Of a stretch of 64,000 nucleotides of DNA, positions 1-11,050 are shown piece after piece. The position numbers and the translations under genes were made by a program. Position 1 is the stretch's first letter. The number at the start of each line of letters is the position of its first letter. The notes beneath the pieces are model-generated. The model saw only the letters and a program-made list of their open reading frames with translations, did not search any database and had not been told where the DNA came from. Origin of the DNA: Mobula hypostoma (lineage: Eukaryota). The stretch is taken from NCBI RefSeq assembly GCF_963921235.1, contig NC_086124.1:27776001-27840000 (forward strand), in the 5' to 3' direction.

Positions 1-689
1 TATGGAAGGGTATAAGCAGTCAAGACTTTGGGACAAGAGGGTCTTAGTCCATGTGGTTGACTGTTTATTTCCCTACACAAATGATGCCGAACTTGCTGAG
101 TTCCTGCAGCATTTTGCGTGTTGTCCTGGATTTCCAGCATCTGCAGGATCTAATTATGAGGAATTTTGCAGATGCTGGAAATCCAAAGCAACACGTACAA
201 GTCCTGAAGCAGCATCGATTGAGGGGATGAATGAACTAGTCCTGGTGATGAGACCCGGCCTGAAACTAAGACTGTTTCTTCATTTTCAGAGGTGCTGCCT
301 GACCTGTTGAGTTCCTGCAGCATTTTGTGTGTGTTACTCCCGCAGAATCTTTTGTGTTTACAATCTCAGCTGGTGAAAGTCCCATTCGTATTTCTGACTA
401 ACAAACATCAAGCGATGTGAAGCATCTGGGCGTAACGGTTACAGTGTCAGTGATCCGAAGATTGGGGTTCAATTCCCGTCACAGTCTGTATGGAGTTCTC
501 CCCGTGTGTCTCTTCCCATTTCCTTCCATGTTCCAAAGATGTACAAGGTAGGGTTAGTGAGTTATGGGGATGGTATATCGGTGCCAGAATCACAGTGACG
601 CTTGAGGGCTTCCCTGTGTACAATCCTCACTTATTTGATTCCATGCAAAAACGATGTATTTCTCTGTATGTTTCAATATACACTGATAT

Positions 690-1234
690 GTATTTGCACC
701 TCTTTCACCTCAGACAGTTGAGGAAGTTTGGTATGGGTCCCCAAATCCTAAGAACTTTCTACAAGGGCACAACTGAGAGCATCTTGACTGGCTGCATCAC
801 TGCCTGGTATGGGAACTGTACTTCCCTCAATCGCAGGGTTCTGCAGAGAGTGGTGCGGACAGCCCAGCGCATCTGTACTTGTGAACTCCCATGATTCAGG
901 ACATTTGCAAAGATAGGTGTATAAAAAGGGCCCGAAGGATCGCTAGGGACCCGAGTCACCCAAACTGTTCCAGCTGCTACCATCCGGGAAATGGTACCAC
1001 AGCATAAATGCCAGGATCAACAGGCTCCGGGACAGTTTCTTCCACCAGGCCATCAGACTGATGTACTCAGGCTGATTTGAGTGTATTTCTATGTAACATT
1101 GACGATTCTATTTATTATAAGTTATTGTAAATTACTATGATTACACACAGCACATTTAGACAGAGACATAATGTAAAGATTTTTACTCATGTATGTGTAG
1201 GGCAAGACAAGATGTAAGAAATAAAGTCAATTCA
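690..1234 (+). mobile_element. Rex1/Babar-type LINE, 3' fragment
   Basis: Frame reads TFYKGTTESILTGCITAWYGNCTSLNRRVLQRVVRTAQRI, the C-terminal ORF2 motif of this family; related fragments recur across the window. Boundaries approximate. Confidence 0.7.
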
Positions 1235-1368
1235 NNNNNNNNNNNNNNNNNNNNNNNNNNNNNNNNNNNNNNNNNNNNNNNNNNNNNNNNNNNNNNNNNN
1301 NNNNNNNNNNNNNNNNNNNNNNNNNNNNNNNNNNNNNNNNNNNNNNNNNNNNNNNNNNNNNNNNNNNN
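1235..1368. other. Assembly gap (134 N)
   Basis: Run of N in the sequence. Confidence 1.
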
Positions 1369-2170
1369 TTGGGCACCCCGGTCAAAATTTCTGTTACTGT
1401 GAATAGCTAAGTGAGTAAAAGATGAACTGATTTCCAAAAGGCATAAAGTTAAAGATGACATATTTCTTTAATATTTTAAGCAAGAAAACGTTTTTATTTC
1501 CATTTTTTACAGTTTCAAAATAACAAAAAAGGAAAAGGGCCCAAGCAAAAGTTTGGGCACCCTGCATCGTCAGTACTTAGTAACACCCCTTTTGGCAAGT
1601 ATCACAGCTTGTAAACGCTTTCTGTACCAGCTAAGAGTCTTTCAATTCTTGTTTGGGGGATTTTCGTCCATTCTTCCTTGCAAAAGGCTTCTAGTTCTGT
1701 GAGATTATTGGGTCGTCTTGCATGCACTGCTCTTTTGAGGTCTATCCACAGATTCTCGATGATGTTTAGGTCAGGGGACTGTGAGGGCCATGGCAAAACC
1801 TTCAGCTTGTGCCTCTTGAGGTATTCCATTGTGGATTTTGAGGTGTGTTTAGGACCGTTATCAGCCATCCTCTTTTCATCTCCGGCTTTTTTTACAGATG
1901 GTGTGATGTTTGCTTCCAGAATTTGCTGGTATTTAATTGAATTCATTCTTCCCTCTACCAGTAAATGTTCCCCGTGCCACCGACTGCAACACAAGCCCAA
2001 AGCATGATCAATCCACCCCTGTGCTTAACAGTCGGAGAGGTGTCCTTTTCATGAAATTCTGCACTCCTTTTTCTCCAAACATACCTTTGCTCATTGCGGC
2101 CAAGAAGTTGTATTTTAACTTCATCAGACAACAGAACTTGTTTCCAAAATGCATCAGGCTTGTTTAGATG
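1369..2170 (-). mobile_element. Tc1-family DNA transposon, 3' part (DDE transposase remnant)
   Basis: ORF 1602-2000(-) has DNGPKHTSK...WPSQSPDLNIIENLW...CKEEW, the Tc1 catalytic C-terminus. Truncated by the gap. Confidence 0.9.
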
Positions 2171-3239
2171 TTCCTTTGAACAAGTTAGTCAGGGGATTGA
2201 GTTCAATTGAGCCGCAACATAATGTTCTAGCTCTAAAAAACCTCACTTGGAATATTGTGCTCTCTTCTCTTTGCCTCATTGGAGAAAGGAAGTGGAAGCT
2301 TTTTTTTAGAGAGGGTGCAGAGGAGATTTACCGGGAAACTGCCTGGATTAGGGAGCATGTCTTATGATGATAAACTGAATTCGCTAGGGCTTTTCTCTTT
2401 GCAGTGAAGGAGGATAAAAGGTGACTTAATAGAATTGTACAAGATGATAAGAGAGATTGATCGAGTGGACAGTCAGCATCTTTTTCCCAGGAAAAAGTGG
2501 CTAATACGAAGGGGCATAATTTTAAGGTGATTGGAGGAAAGTATAGGGGGGATGTCAGGGGTAAGAATGGTGGGTGCATGGTTGTGGTAGAGGCAGATAC
2601 ATTAGGGACATTGAAGGGACTCTTAGATAGGCACATTGAGAAAAAATGGAGGGCTATATGGGAGGGGAGGGATAGATTGATCGTAGAGTAGGTTAAAAGG
2701 TCAGCACAACATTGTGGGCCGAAGGGCCTGTACTGCGTTGGAATGTCCTGCGTTCTATGTTCCCGGAGCACCTGGGAGAAACCTGTCCAGTCAGAGTGAG
2801 ATGGCGTAAAGTACACACTCAAACACTCCGGAGGGCAGGTTTGAACACCCCGGTGCTACGGGGCAGCGGTTCTAATCGGCGTGCAGCCCTGTGCAGGGGA
2901 ACAGCTTCACGAGTGACATCAAAGACACTCGTCCATCTGCGAGGACAAAGGTGTTGACCTTCCTTCCCCCTGAATGACTGGATGCACCCAATGTGTGACT
3001 GCTGGAAACGCGAGCTCACGGTACTGGTAATTCTATCAGCACTGACTGTGAGGTCCCAATGACACACACAAGTGGGTTTCCCTGTCCGGAGAGTTACATA
3101 AACCACTCATTATTTATTTTATATATTATTATTTCTGTATTTTATTTTAACAAATTATTTCCATATTAGAGTTCAAAGTAAATTTATTATCACAGTACAT
3201 ATATGTCACCATTTACAGTAGAACAAAAGTATTTATTTA

Positions 3240-3690
3240 CGGTACTGTGCAAAAGTCTTGGGCTTCCTAGATTTTTTTTTACATACATCTTGTTTTAGAT
3301 GTTTACCTTTTGCCTTCTGCATTAGTCTATTAGTAGAAAAGAGCAAATTTTAGATCTCTAAACACTCAATTTCCAAAGTATTACATGTGACAGAGAAATG
3401 CTTCCATTTTCTTAAAGAAAGTAACATGTTAAGTATTAGAAAGTTTCAAATAAAACCTGATTACTTTGTCAGTATCTATCCCAGTGTCAGGTTGAACAAA
3501 GATAACAGTTGCTAATGATCAATGGTGTAATGAGCTGAATAAACTAAACTGATTATCTGAAACAGAAATGGATGTGGAAGGAATCAAAAGGACAACCAAG
3601 CTAAAAGGTGAGGGTGTGGCAGATCTGTCAATTTAACCTTCAAAGTATCAATTCTTCCACCGCGGCAAGAGTGAAGATAGCAACGAGAGG
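3240..3690 (+). mobile_element. Tc1-like element, 5' end remnant
   Basis: Starts with the terminus GGTACTGTGCAAAAGTCTTGGGC, shared with short palindromic MITEs at about 3920-3990 and 46961/49090; followed by an AT-rich 5' region. Confidence 0.5.
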
Positions 3691-4327
3691 TGGCCCAGTG
3701 ATGGGGTGAATGGAATTGAGTGAAGTTGTCCCCTCTGGTTCAGGGACCTGATGGTCAAGGGGTAACAATGGGTCCTGAACCTGGAGGCTGCTGCACCTTC
3801 TTCCCGATGGCTACAGTGAGACGAGAGCTTGTCCTGGGGAGTGGGGGTCCCTGATGATGGATGCTGCTTTCCTGCAACAGCGCTCTGTGTAGATGTGCTT
3901 GGTGAATATATAAATTACATACGGTACTGTGCAGAGATCTTGGGCACATATATATAACTAGGATGCACTTTTTGCACGGTACTGCATTTTTGCACAGACT
4001 GCACAGTACTGCTTTTGTCAACGTGGAGCGGAGAGTGAGTTTGTAAATCTGGCGGGAGCAAAGAATATTGGGAATGGTAAGGGTGGAGCTCCGCAGGAGG
4101 TGTGTGGGACAGGTGGCAGAGAAGGAGTGCCAGGAGTGGGGGGGCGGTACGGTATCATTTGATTGGTTTATTGATCATTACAGAATACCTCTCTGGTTCT
4201 TCCTGCTCCCTTCCAATTCTACGCTGCCATCATAGAGAGAATGCTTCCATCAGCTACCCATCACACACTGTCAGAACCTTTTCACGGTATATAAAAACTA
4301 CGTGAGCTGTCAGGTCAGGAGAATTGT

Positions 4328-4495
4328 GGGACAATGTAGAGGGAGCTTCACTCTGTGTCTGACCCCGGAAGTGTGTGATGGGACAGTGCGGAGGGAGCTT
4401 CACTCTGTGTCTGACCCCGGGAGTGTGTGATGGGAGAATGCGGAGGGAGCTTCACTCTGTGTCTGACCCCGGGAATGTGTGCGATGGGACTGTGT
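4328..4495 (+). repeat. 52-bp tandem repeat, about 3 copies (inverted copy at about 5030-5120)
   Basis: Unit GGGACAGTGCGGAGGGAGCTTCACTCTGTGTCTGACCCCGGGAGTGTGTGAT starts at 4328, 4380 and 4432. Confidence 0.9.
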
Positions 4496-5656
4496 GTGAA
4501 AAATAATAACAATAATAAATAAATATAAGGAACATGAGATGAAGAGTGCTTGAAAGTGAGTCCATAGGTTGTGGGAACATGTCAGTGATGGGGCAATGGA
4601 ATTATCCACACTGGCTCAGGAGCCTGATGGTTGAGGGGTAATTACTGTTCCTGATCCTGGTGGTGTGAGTCCTGAGGCTCCTGCATCTCCTTCCTGATGG
4701 CAGCAGCGAGAAGAGAGAATGACCTGGGTCACTATAATTGTTAAATGTTGCTGTTTTCTCGTTGAATGTCACGCCCTGATCAACACACCACAGCATCCAG
4801 ACCATCTCCTCTCACAGTCTGCCGGAACCTCAGGTCCCACACCAACAGGTTCAGGAACAGTTATTACCCCTCAACCATCAGGCTCCTGAAGCAGCGTGGA
4901 TAACTTCACTCACCCCATCTCTGAACTGATTCTACAACGAATAGACTCACTTTCAAGTACTCTACAACTCGTGTTCTCAGAATTATTTGTTTGTTTGTTT
5001 AATATTTTGAACTTTGACTACGATTAACGGAGTGAAGCTCCCTCCACTCTGTCCCATTACTCACTCCCGGGGTCAGACACAGAGTGAAACTCCCTCCACA
5101 CCGTCCTATCACACACTCCCGGGCTCTGAGTTTATGAATTTTATACATCTTCATTCCAAACTGGTGTTTAGCTGATGATCCGTGCTCACTTTCCATTTTA
5201 TTTTACTTGGACAATATAAAAACAGTTTCAATTTTGCATTTTCTTTTCACATCATTAATTCTCACCCTCCCAGGTGCAGGTGACAGTGTTTAGAAACTTC
5301 CCTGCAGAAAACGTAAAAGAAAAAGGAAAAGACTGGTTAAACACAGAGTGACTGATAGATGGGTGCAAAGCAAAGTTTTTCACTGCACTTCGAGACGTGA
5401 TAACGATGAACCAATTTTCCTTTGCTGGTTACAGGTCTGTGGGACTGTCAGACAAGACTCAGACTGGAAGGGTGACTTGCTGACTGTGGTAAGACTGGCA
5501 ACACTGCAAAGTCTGACCAATCACTTCAGAAAACGTCAACGGCACTCACCTTCCCCTGGGTTGTCTCCACCTGTCAGGAGGTTACTTACTGCAGAATCTC
5601 CCCGGGCAAACTCCTCCCCGCCTGCAAGAGAACACACCGAAGCTGAAACCCCTGAT

Positions 5657-5675
5657 TCACAAACGTTGGGAAACT
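5657..5675 (-). pseudogene. WA: WA-like cytoplasmic exon, coding part (R)VSQRL*
   Basis: Acceptor cctatttccctag precedes 5675. The phase-2 join to the TM exon gives ...LHK-R-VSQRL-TGA. An alternative acceptor before 5621 would give RRGGVCPGRFCSK*. Confidence 0.55.
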
Positions 5676-6104
5676 CTAGGGAAATAGGGGGATGAGAAGA
5701 TGGATCCGTGGTGGAACCAAAACAAGTGTCGGGGGATGTCAGGAGGTTGTTTTTACTGAGGTGTGGATGAGGATGTTTACACAGAGGCAGGAGATTGAAA
5801 TGGTAGAGCAGACTGGATGGGCCAAATGGCCTCATTTTCCTCCTATGCCTTATGGATGCATGGAAGTCGCTGTCAGGGGTGGTGGTGGATACATTAGGGG
5901 AATTTATGGAACTCTCAGACAGGCAAATGGATAATTGAAAAAATGGAGGGCAATGTGGGAGGGAAGGGTTAAATCGAAGTTGGAGTGGGTTAAGGGGTTA
6001 GTACAACATCTTGGGCTGAAAGGCCTGTACTCTGCTGTAATGGTTGATGTTCTATTTGGGGGACAAGGGGATGGATCCTTCGCAGAGATGAATGAGGTCC
6101 TCAC

Positions 6105-6216
6105 CTTTTGTGCAACGCTCTGCCCAGGTACAGTGTTACCAGCAACCCGATAACTCCCACTATGACTCCGACTGCACAGACAATAATCCCGGATGTGGGC
6201 ACAGGAGGAGGCAGAT
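6105..6216 (-). pseudogene. WA: WA-like connecting peptide and TM exon (intact, 112 nt)
   Basis: ctttaccccacag|...|gtgagg. Translates (D)LPPPVPTSGIIVCAVGVIVGVIGLLVTLYLGRALHK, with the class II alpha TM pattern C-x-x-G-x-x-x-G-x-x-G (compare HLA-DRA VVCALGLTVGLVG). Confidence 0.9.
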
Positions 6217-7621
6217 CTGTGGGGTAAAGTGAGGACGGCAGATTGAGTCCAAATTCGGCACGTCCCTGAGGACTCTGACCAGATTTTTTTTTAGATGTAC
6301 CCCGGATTGCATCCTATCTAGATCACAACACATCAGTGAACCAATATCCTCTCCATGGACTCTTGTCTACACTTTTCGCTGCCTCAGTAAAGCAGCCTGT
6401 ATAATCAAAACCCCCTCCCACCCTGGGCATTCTCTCTTCTCCTCTCCCCCTTTGGGCAGTAGATACAATGGCCTGAAAGCACATCCCACCGGGCCCAAGG
6501 ACAGATTCTACCCGCTTGAAGGGAGCCCTTGCGTGTTAAAGCTCTCCATGTCTCTCGAACTTTATTTGTTAATCTGCTCCGCACTTTCTCTGCAACTGTT
6601 TAAACTATATTCTTTAAAGAATTTATCTTTTTTGGGATATAGCCTGGTACCAGGCCCTTTTAGTACTGGATACTGCTACTGAAGACGGGCGACAGTTTAC
6701 TGGTGGTACATAAAGCAAGAAACACAATGAAATACTTTATTAGTAAGACCTTTTCTGTGGAAAATCGTGGTAAACAGTCGCCGCAAACCATGAAGGGGCA
6801 TGCGGGTGCGATGCAAAGTCGGAGCGAGGTCTAGGTTGGGTAAAGGCTAAAACGTGGGTCCAGGCTCAGAGAGTATTGGCGTGACAGGGCCTGGGTCCTA
6901 GAGAGGGTAAACGCCCCGGTGTTTGGACAATGTGAACGCCAGGCCTGATGGATTGAAAATACAGGGTGTCGGCACCGGAGGTGAGGGTCGGAGCGGTTCT
7001 GCTCACCACCTGGCTACGCTCACTCTGCTCTCTGCTGAGGCCGAGGCTGCGGGCCTACTCCAGGCTTCATGTCCGTGAGCTCCACTGCACGGTCAACTGA
7101 GGCTCTGTGTCTTTCCTTCTAAATGCTGCTGCTTGCTTTTAATCTTTGCACGAATTTTGTCTTCTTTTTTCTTTCTTTGGGTGTTAATTAGCGTTTTGTT
7201 AATGAGTTCTTTTGGGTTTTCTGTTTTGTGGCTGCCTGTAAGGAGACGAATCTCAAGGTTGTATAATTTATACATATTTTGACAACAAATGCACTTTGAA
7301 CTTTGAACTTTGAACGAGCCCATGCTGCCCAATCACAGCAATGTGATCAATTTAACTATTAACTCAGCACCCATGTGACCAATTAGCCGACTGATCTATA
7401 CATCTTTGGGATGTGGGAGAAACGGTTGTATCTAATATTTCAAAGACATTTGAGTAAACTTGAATATATATTGGTTGATGCAGCATTCTTGTTTGTTTAA
7501 ATAATTCATTTTGGGTTATATGTACAAATACGTGAATTGCATACGTCAGCAGGCGACTGTGTGATACGTGCGCGCCTCACTTAAAGTAAACACTAAGTTA
7601 GATCAGTATTTTGGGGAATGC

Positions 7622-8300
7622 ATCGGTATTTACAGGGGGTCCCGCGGAGTGTGTCAGTATTTACCGGGGGTCCCGGGGAGTGTGTCGGTATTTACAGGAG
7701 GTCCCGGGGAGTGTGTCAGTATTTACAGGGGGTACCGCGGACTGCGTCAGTGTTTACAGGGGGTCCCAGGCAGTGTGTCAGTATTTACAGGGGGTCCCGG
7801 GGAGTTTGTCAGTACTTACAGGCGGTCCCAGGGAGTGAGCTGGTATTTACGGGGTGTCCCGGGGAGAGTGTTGGTGTTTACGGGGGTTCCCGGGGAGTGT
7901 GTCAGTATTTACAGGGGGTCCCGGGGAGCGTGTCGGTATTTACAGGGGGTCCCGGGGAGTGTGTCGGTATTTACAGGGGGTACCGCGGAGTGCGTCAGTA
8001 TTTACAGGGGATCCCGGGCAGTGTGTCAGTATTTACAGGGGGTCCCGGGGAGTGGGTCGGTATTTACAGGGGGTCCCAGGGAGTGTGTCAGTATTTACAG
8101 GGGGTCCCGGGGAGTGTGTCAGTATTTACAGGGGGTCCCGGGGTGCGTGTCAGTATTTAAAGGGGGTCCCGGGGAGAGTGTTGGTAATTATGGGGTGTAT
8201 CGGGGAGTTTGTCGGTATTTATAGGGGGTCCCGAGGAGTGTGTTGGTATTTACGGCGTGCCCTGAGCAGAGTGTTGGTATTTAAAGGGGGGTCCCAATGA
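7622..8300 (+). repeat. 31-bp GC-rich minisatellite, about 22 copies
   Basis: Unit about GGTATTTACAGGGGGTCCCGGGGAGTGTGTC; it explains the repetitive ORFs at 7568-8300. Confidence 0.95.
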
Positions 8301-8498
8301 GTGTGTCAGTAGTTCCAGGATCTTTGAACTTGTATCAGGATTTCAGGGGTCTCAGGAATGTTGATAAAATCTAACGGACAGTAAGGCTGTCAGGATTGAG
8401 AGGCCTTGATGTTTACAGTTTTGCTCCGTAACAGAAACCTTGGTTTTAGATACGTGACCCATGCTATTCTCTCCCTGTCGCTTTCCCAGCCAACATAC

Positions 8499-8781
8499 CT
8501 AGTGAGCACCTCAGCCCTTCTTCAAGGCTGACGTGTGCTGCCCGACAGCTGAATGTGTCCCCGCCCTTTGGCTCGATCCCAATGTACTTGCAGACGTTGA
8601 AGGTCCAGTCTGACTCCACCATCAGCTGCGATGATTGGACAGGCCCGGTGAACGGCTGCCTGTTGATCAGGAAGCTGAGCTCGATCTCAAATGGTTAGAA
8701 GTTCTCAGTGTAACACTACAAGGGTGTTCGACTTCTCTGGAGCATAGCCGTCTTCCGTCCAGATGTGGACGGTGGGTTTCT
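8499..8781 (-). pseudogene. WA: WA-like alpha2 exon, b2m-like Ig C1-set domain, disrupted
   Basis: gtgtcccag|...|gtatgt, 283 nt (282+1). Corrected frame reads KPTVHIWTEDGYAPEKSNTL*CYTENF*PFEIELSFLINRQPFTGPVQSSQLMVESDWTFNVCKYIGIEPKGGDTFSCRAAHVSLEEGLRCSL. Both Ig cysteines are present, and SQLMVESDWTF aligns with b2m SDLSFSKDWSF. Confidence 0.92.
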
Positions 8782-8954
8782 CTGGGACACGGAGCAACAG
8801 TCACCGTGAACAGGTCAAAGGTAAATGTCGATGTGGAAAGGTCAGCGTGAATGGGGCAAAAGTAACTGTGAATGTTCACAGGTTTGTCCTGAACACAACC
8901 AAACCTGTCCCTGAAATTCTGGGCAAATCAGGCGTAAGAGGGCCTCAAAGCTTC

Positions 8955-9190
8955 AGAGAAGGGATATATAAAGGTTTAGCGAAAGGGCAAAGGTCAGGGA
9001 TATGGAAAGGTTTAGTGAAAGGGCAAAAATCAGGGATATGGAAAAGTTTAGTGAAAGGTCAAAGATCAGGGATATGTAAAGGTTTAGCGAATGGGCAAAG
9101 ATTAGGGATATGGAAAGGATTAGCGAAAGTGCAAACATCAGGGATATGGAAAGGATTAGTGAAAGGGCAAAGATCAGGCAGATATACGAA
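8955..9190 (+). repeat. 36-bp tandem repeat, about 6.5 copies
   Basis: GGGATAT recurs every 36 nt from 8961; unit about TCAGGGATATGGAAAGGTTTAGTGAAAGGGCAAAGA. Confidence 0.9.
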
Positions 9191-10116
9191 AAGGACAGAA
9201 GTGCAGCTGATAGAGCCACTGCCTCATCCAGCTGACAGAGCCAGAGGATGTGGTGGAGGAGGGTTCTATTGGACTGAAAGACAATTAGACAGGTACACAG
9301 ATAGGCAAGATACATTGGCCAAATGCAGCTGATGGGGTCTAGTTCAGTTCAGAATGGATCACGAGAAGGTTCGAAATGTTTATAAAATTGAAATATTCAC
9401 TAATGTTCACAAGTAAGCGTTGAGTTGTATGAGATGCCGTTGAAACATAGAAACATAGAAAATAGGTGCAGGAGTAGGCCATTCGGCCCTTCGAGCCTGC
9501 ACCGCCATTTATTATGATCATGGCTGATCATCCAACTCAGAACCCTGCACCAGCCTTCCCTCCATACCCCCTGATCCCCGTAGCCACAAGTGCCATATCA
9601 TTGAGGCCTAATTTGGAGCATTGTGTGCATTTCTGGTCACCTGTCTGCAGGAATGATATCAATAAGATTGCAAGAGTGCAGAGAAAACTTATGAGGACTT
9701 GAGGACTTGAGGACCGGAGTTATTGGGAAAGGTTGAATAGGTTAGGACTTTACTCCCCGGAGTGTAGGAGAATGAGGGGAAGATTTGATTGAGATAAACA
9801 AAATTATGAGGGGTGCAGAGAAGCTAAACGCGAACAGGCTTTTTCCGCTGAGGTCGGGCGAGACTGGAGCTGGAGTTTGTGAGTTGAGAGTTAAGGGTGA
9901 AGTGAAAGGGAACCTCAGAGGTGTTGAGAATGTGGAACGAGCTGCCATCGGAAGTGGTGGTTGTAACTTTGATTGCAATATTTAAGAGATGCACCTGGAT
10001 GGGAGGGGCACGGAGGGTGATGGCCCGGGCGCACGCCGATTGGTTGATAGCTCGGCATGGGCTAGATGGGCCGAAGGTCCCGTTTCTGTTCGCTACAACT
10101 CTGCGTGGTGACTCAC

Positions 10117-10389
10117 TTCTCAGGACGCTCGAACTGTTCGTGAACTTCAGCATCTCCTTAGTGATGTCCAGCTGCCAGATCTGGATCCCGGTCGACCTCT
10201 CCTTGAACTGGTTCACCTCATCTTAGCCGAGTTCCTTTACCCTGTCTGTCTCAATTCTCTTGATGAAGAAGGTCTGGCGCTGGTAATCGTGGAAAAGAAG
10301 GGGGGAGGTGTTCGCGTCGAAGACCTTGCCGTTGGTTTCGGAACTCGGGCTGTAGCTGTAATACAGCCTTTCAGAGATGCTTTTAAACA
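10117..10389 (-). pseudogene. WA: WA-like alpha1 exon (273 nt, one in-frame stop)
   Basis: ctttattccaag|...|gtgagt, phase 1/1. Reads VFKSISERLYYSYSPSSETNGKVFDANTSPLLFHDYQRQTFFIKRIETDRVKELG*DEVNQFKERSTGIQIWQLDITKEMLKFTNSSSVLR. It has a C-terminal N-glycan sequon (NSS), as MHC alpha1 domains do, and joins in frame to the alpha2 exon. Confidence 0.8.
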
Positions 10390-10479
10390 CTTGGAATAAA
10401 GTGAGAAAGAAGTTAGGTACAGTATATGCCCACGCTTTCCTCGATCATGTCCAAAATAAATAAATTATCAAAGTACATC

Positions 10480-11050
10480 TACAGTCACTGGCCACGTTAT
10501 TAGGTACACCTGCTCATTAATGCAAATATCTACTCAGCCAATCACGTGGCAGCAGCTCAATGCATAAAAGCATGCAGGCATGGTCAAGACGTTCAGTTGT
10601 TGTTCAGATCAAAAATCGGCATGGGGGAAGAAATGTGATCTAAGTGACCATGGAAAGATTGTTGGTGCCAGACGGGGTGGTTTGAGCATCTGAGAAGCTG
10701 CTGATCTCCTGGGATTTTCACCTGTAACTGTCTCTGGAGCAGTGGTTCCCAACCCTGGGTCCATGGACCTCTTGATTAATGGTTGGGGTCCAATACACAA
10801 AACAGGTTGGGAACCCCCGTTCTAGAGTTTACAGAGAATGGTGTGTAAAAAAAAGCTGAAAAAAAAATCCAGCGAGCAGCAGTTCTGTGGGCAAAAACGG
10901 CTTGTTAATGAGAGAGGTGAGAGGAGAATGGCCAGACTGGTTCAAGCTGACAGGAAGGCGACGGTAACTCAAATAACCACACGTTACAACTGTGGTGTGC
11001 CGAGGAGCATTTCTGAGCACGCAGCACGTTAGAGCTGGTAGTGGCTAGGC
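10480..11050 (+). mobile_element. Tc1-like element remnant (further copies at about 19480-19830 and 39410-39730, - strand)
   Basis: Terminus CACTGGCCACGTTATTAGGTACACC, and a frame GERRMARLVQADRKATVTQITTRYN resembling a Tc1 N-terminal DNA-binding region. Confidence 0.65.

Noticed and set aside
5550-5675. 126-nt phase-1 exon EFPNVCESG... as a degenerate, non-hydrophobic WA TM exon
   Set aside because: The true TM exon is at 6216-6105 and ends in phase 2, so this exon is read as RVSQRL*.
7568-8300. Long repetitive ORFs (218, 180, 148 aa), or a CRISPR-like array
   Set aside because: They arise from a 31-bp tandem minisatellite with no unique spacers; the context is a eukaryotic intron.
8499-8781. 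Beta2-microglobulin gene or pseudogene
   Set aside because: The exon is in frame between an alpha1 exon and a class II alpha-type TM exon; b2m has neither.
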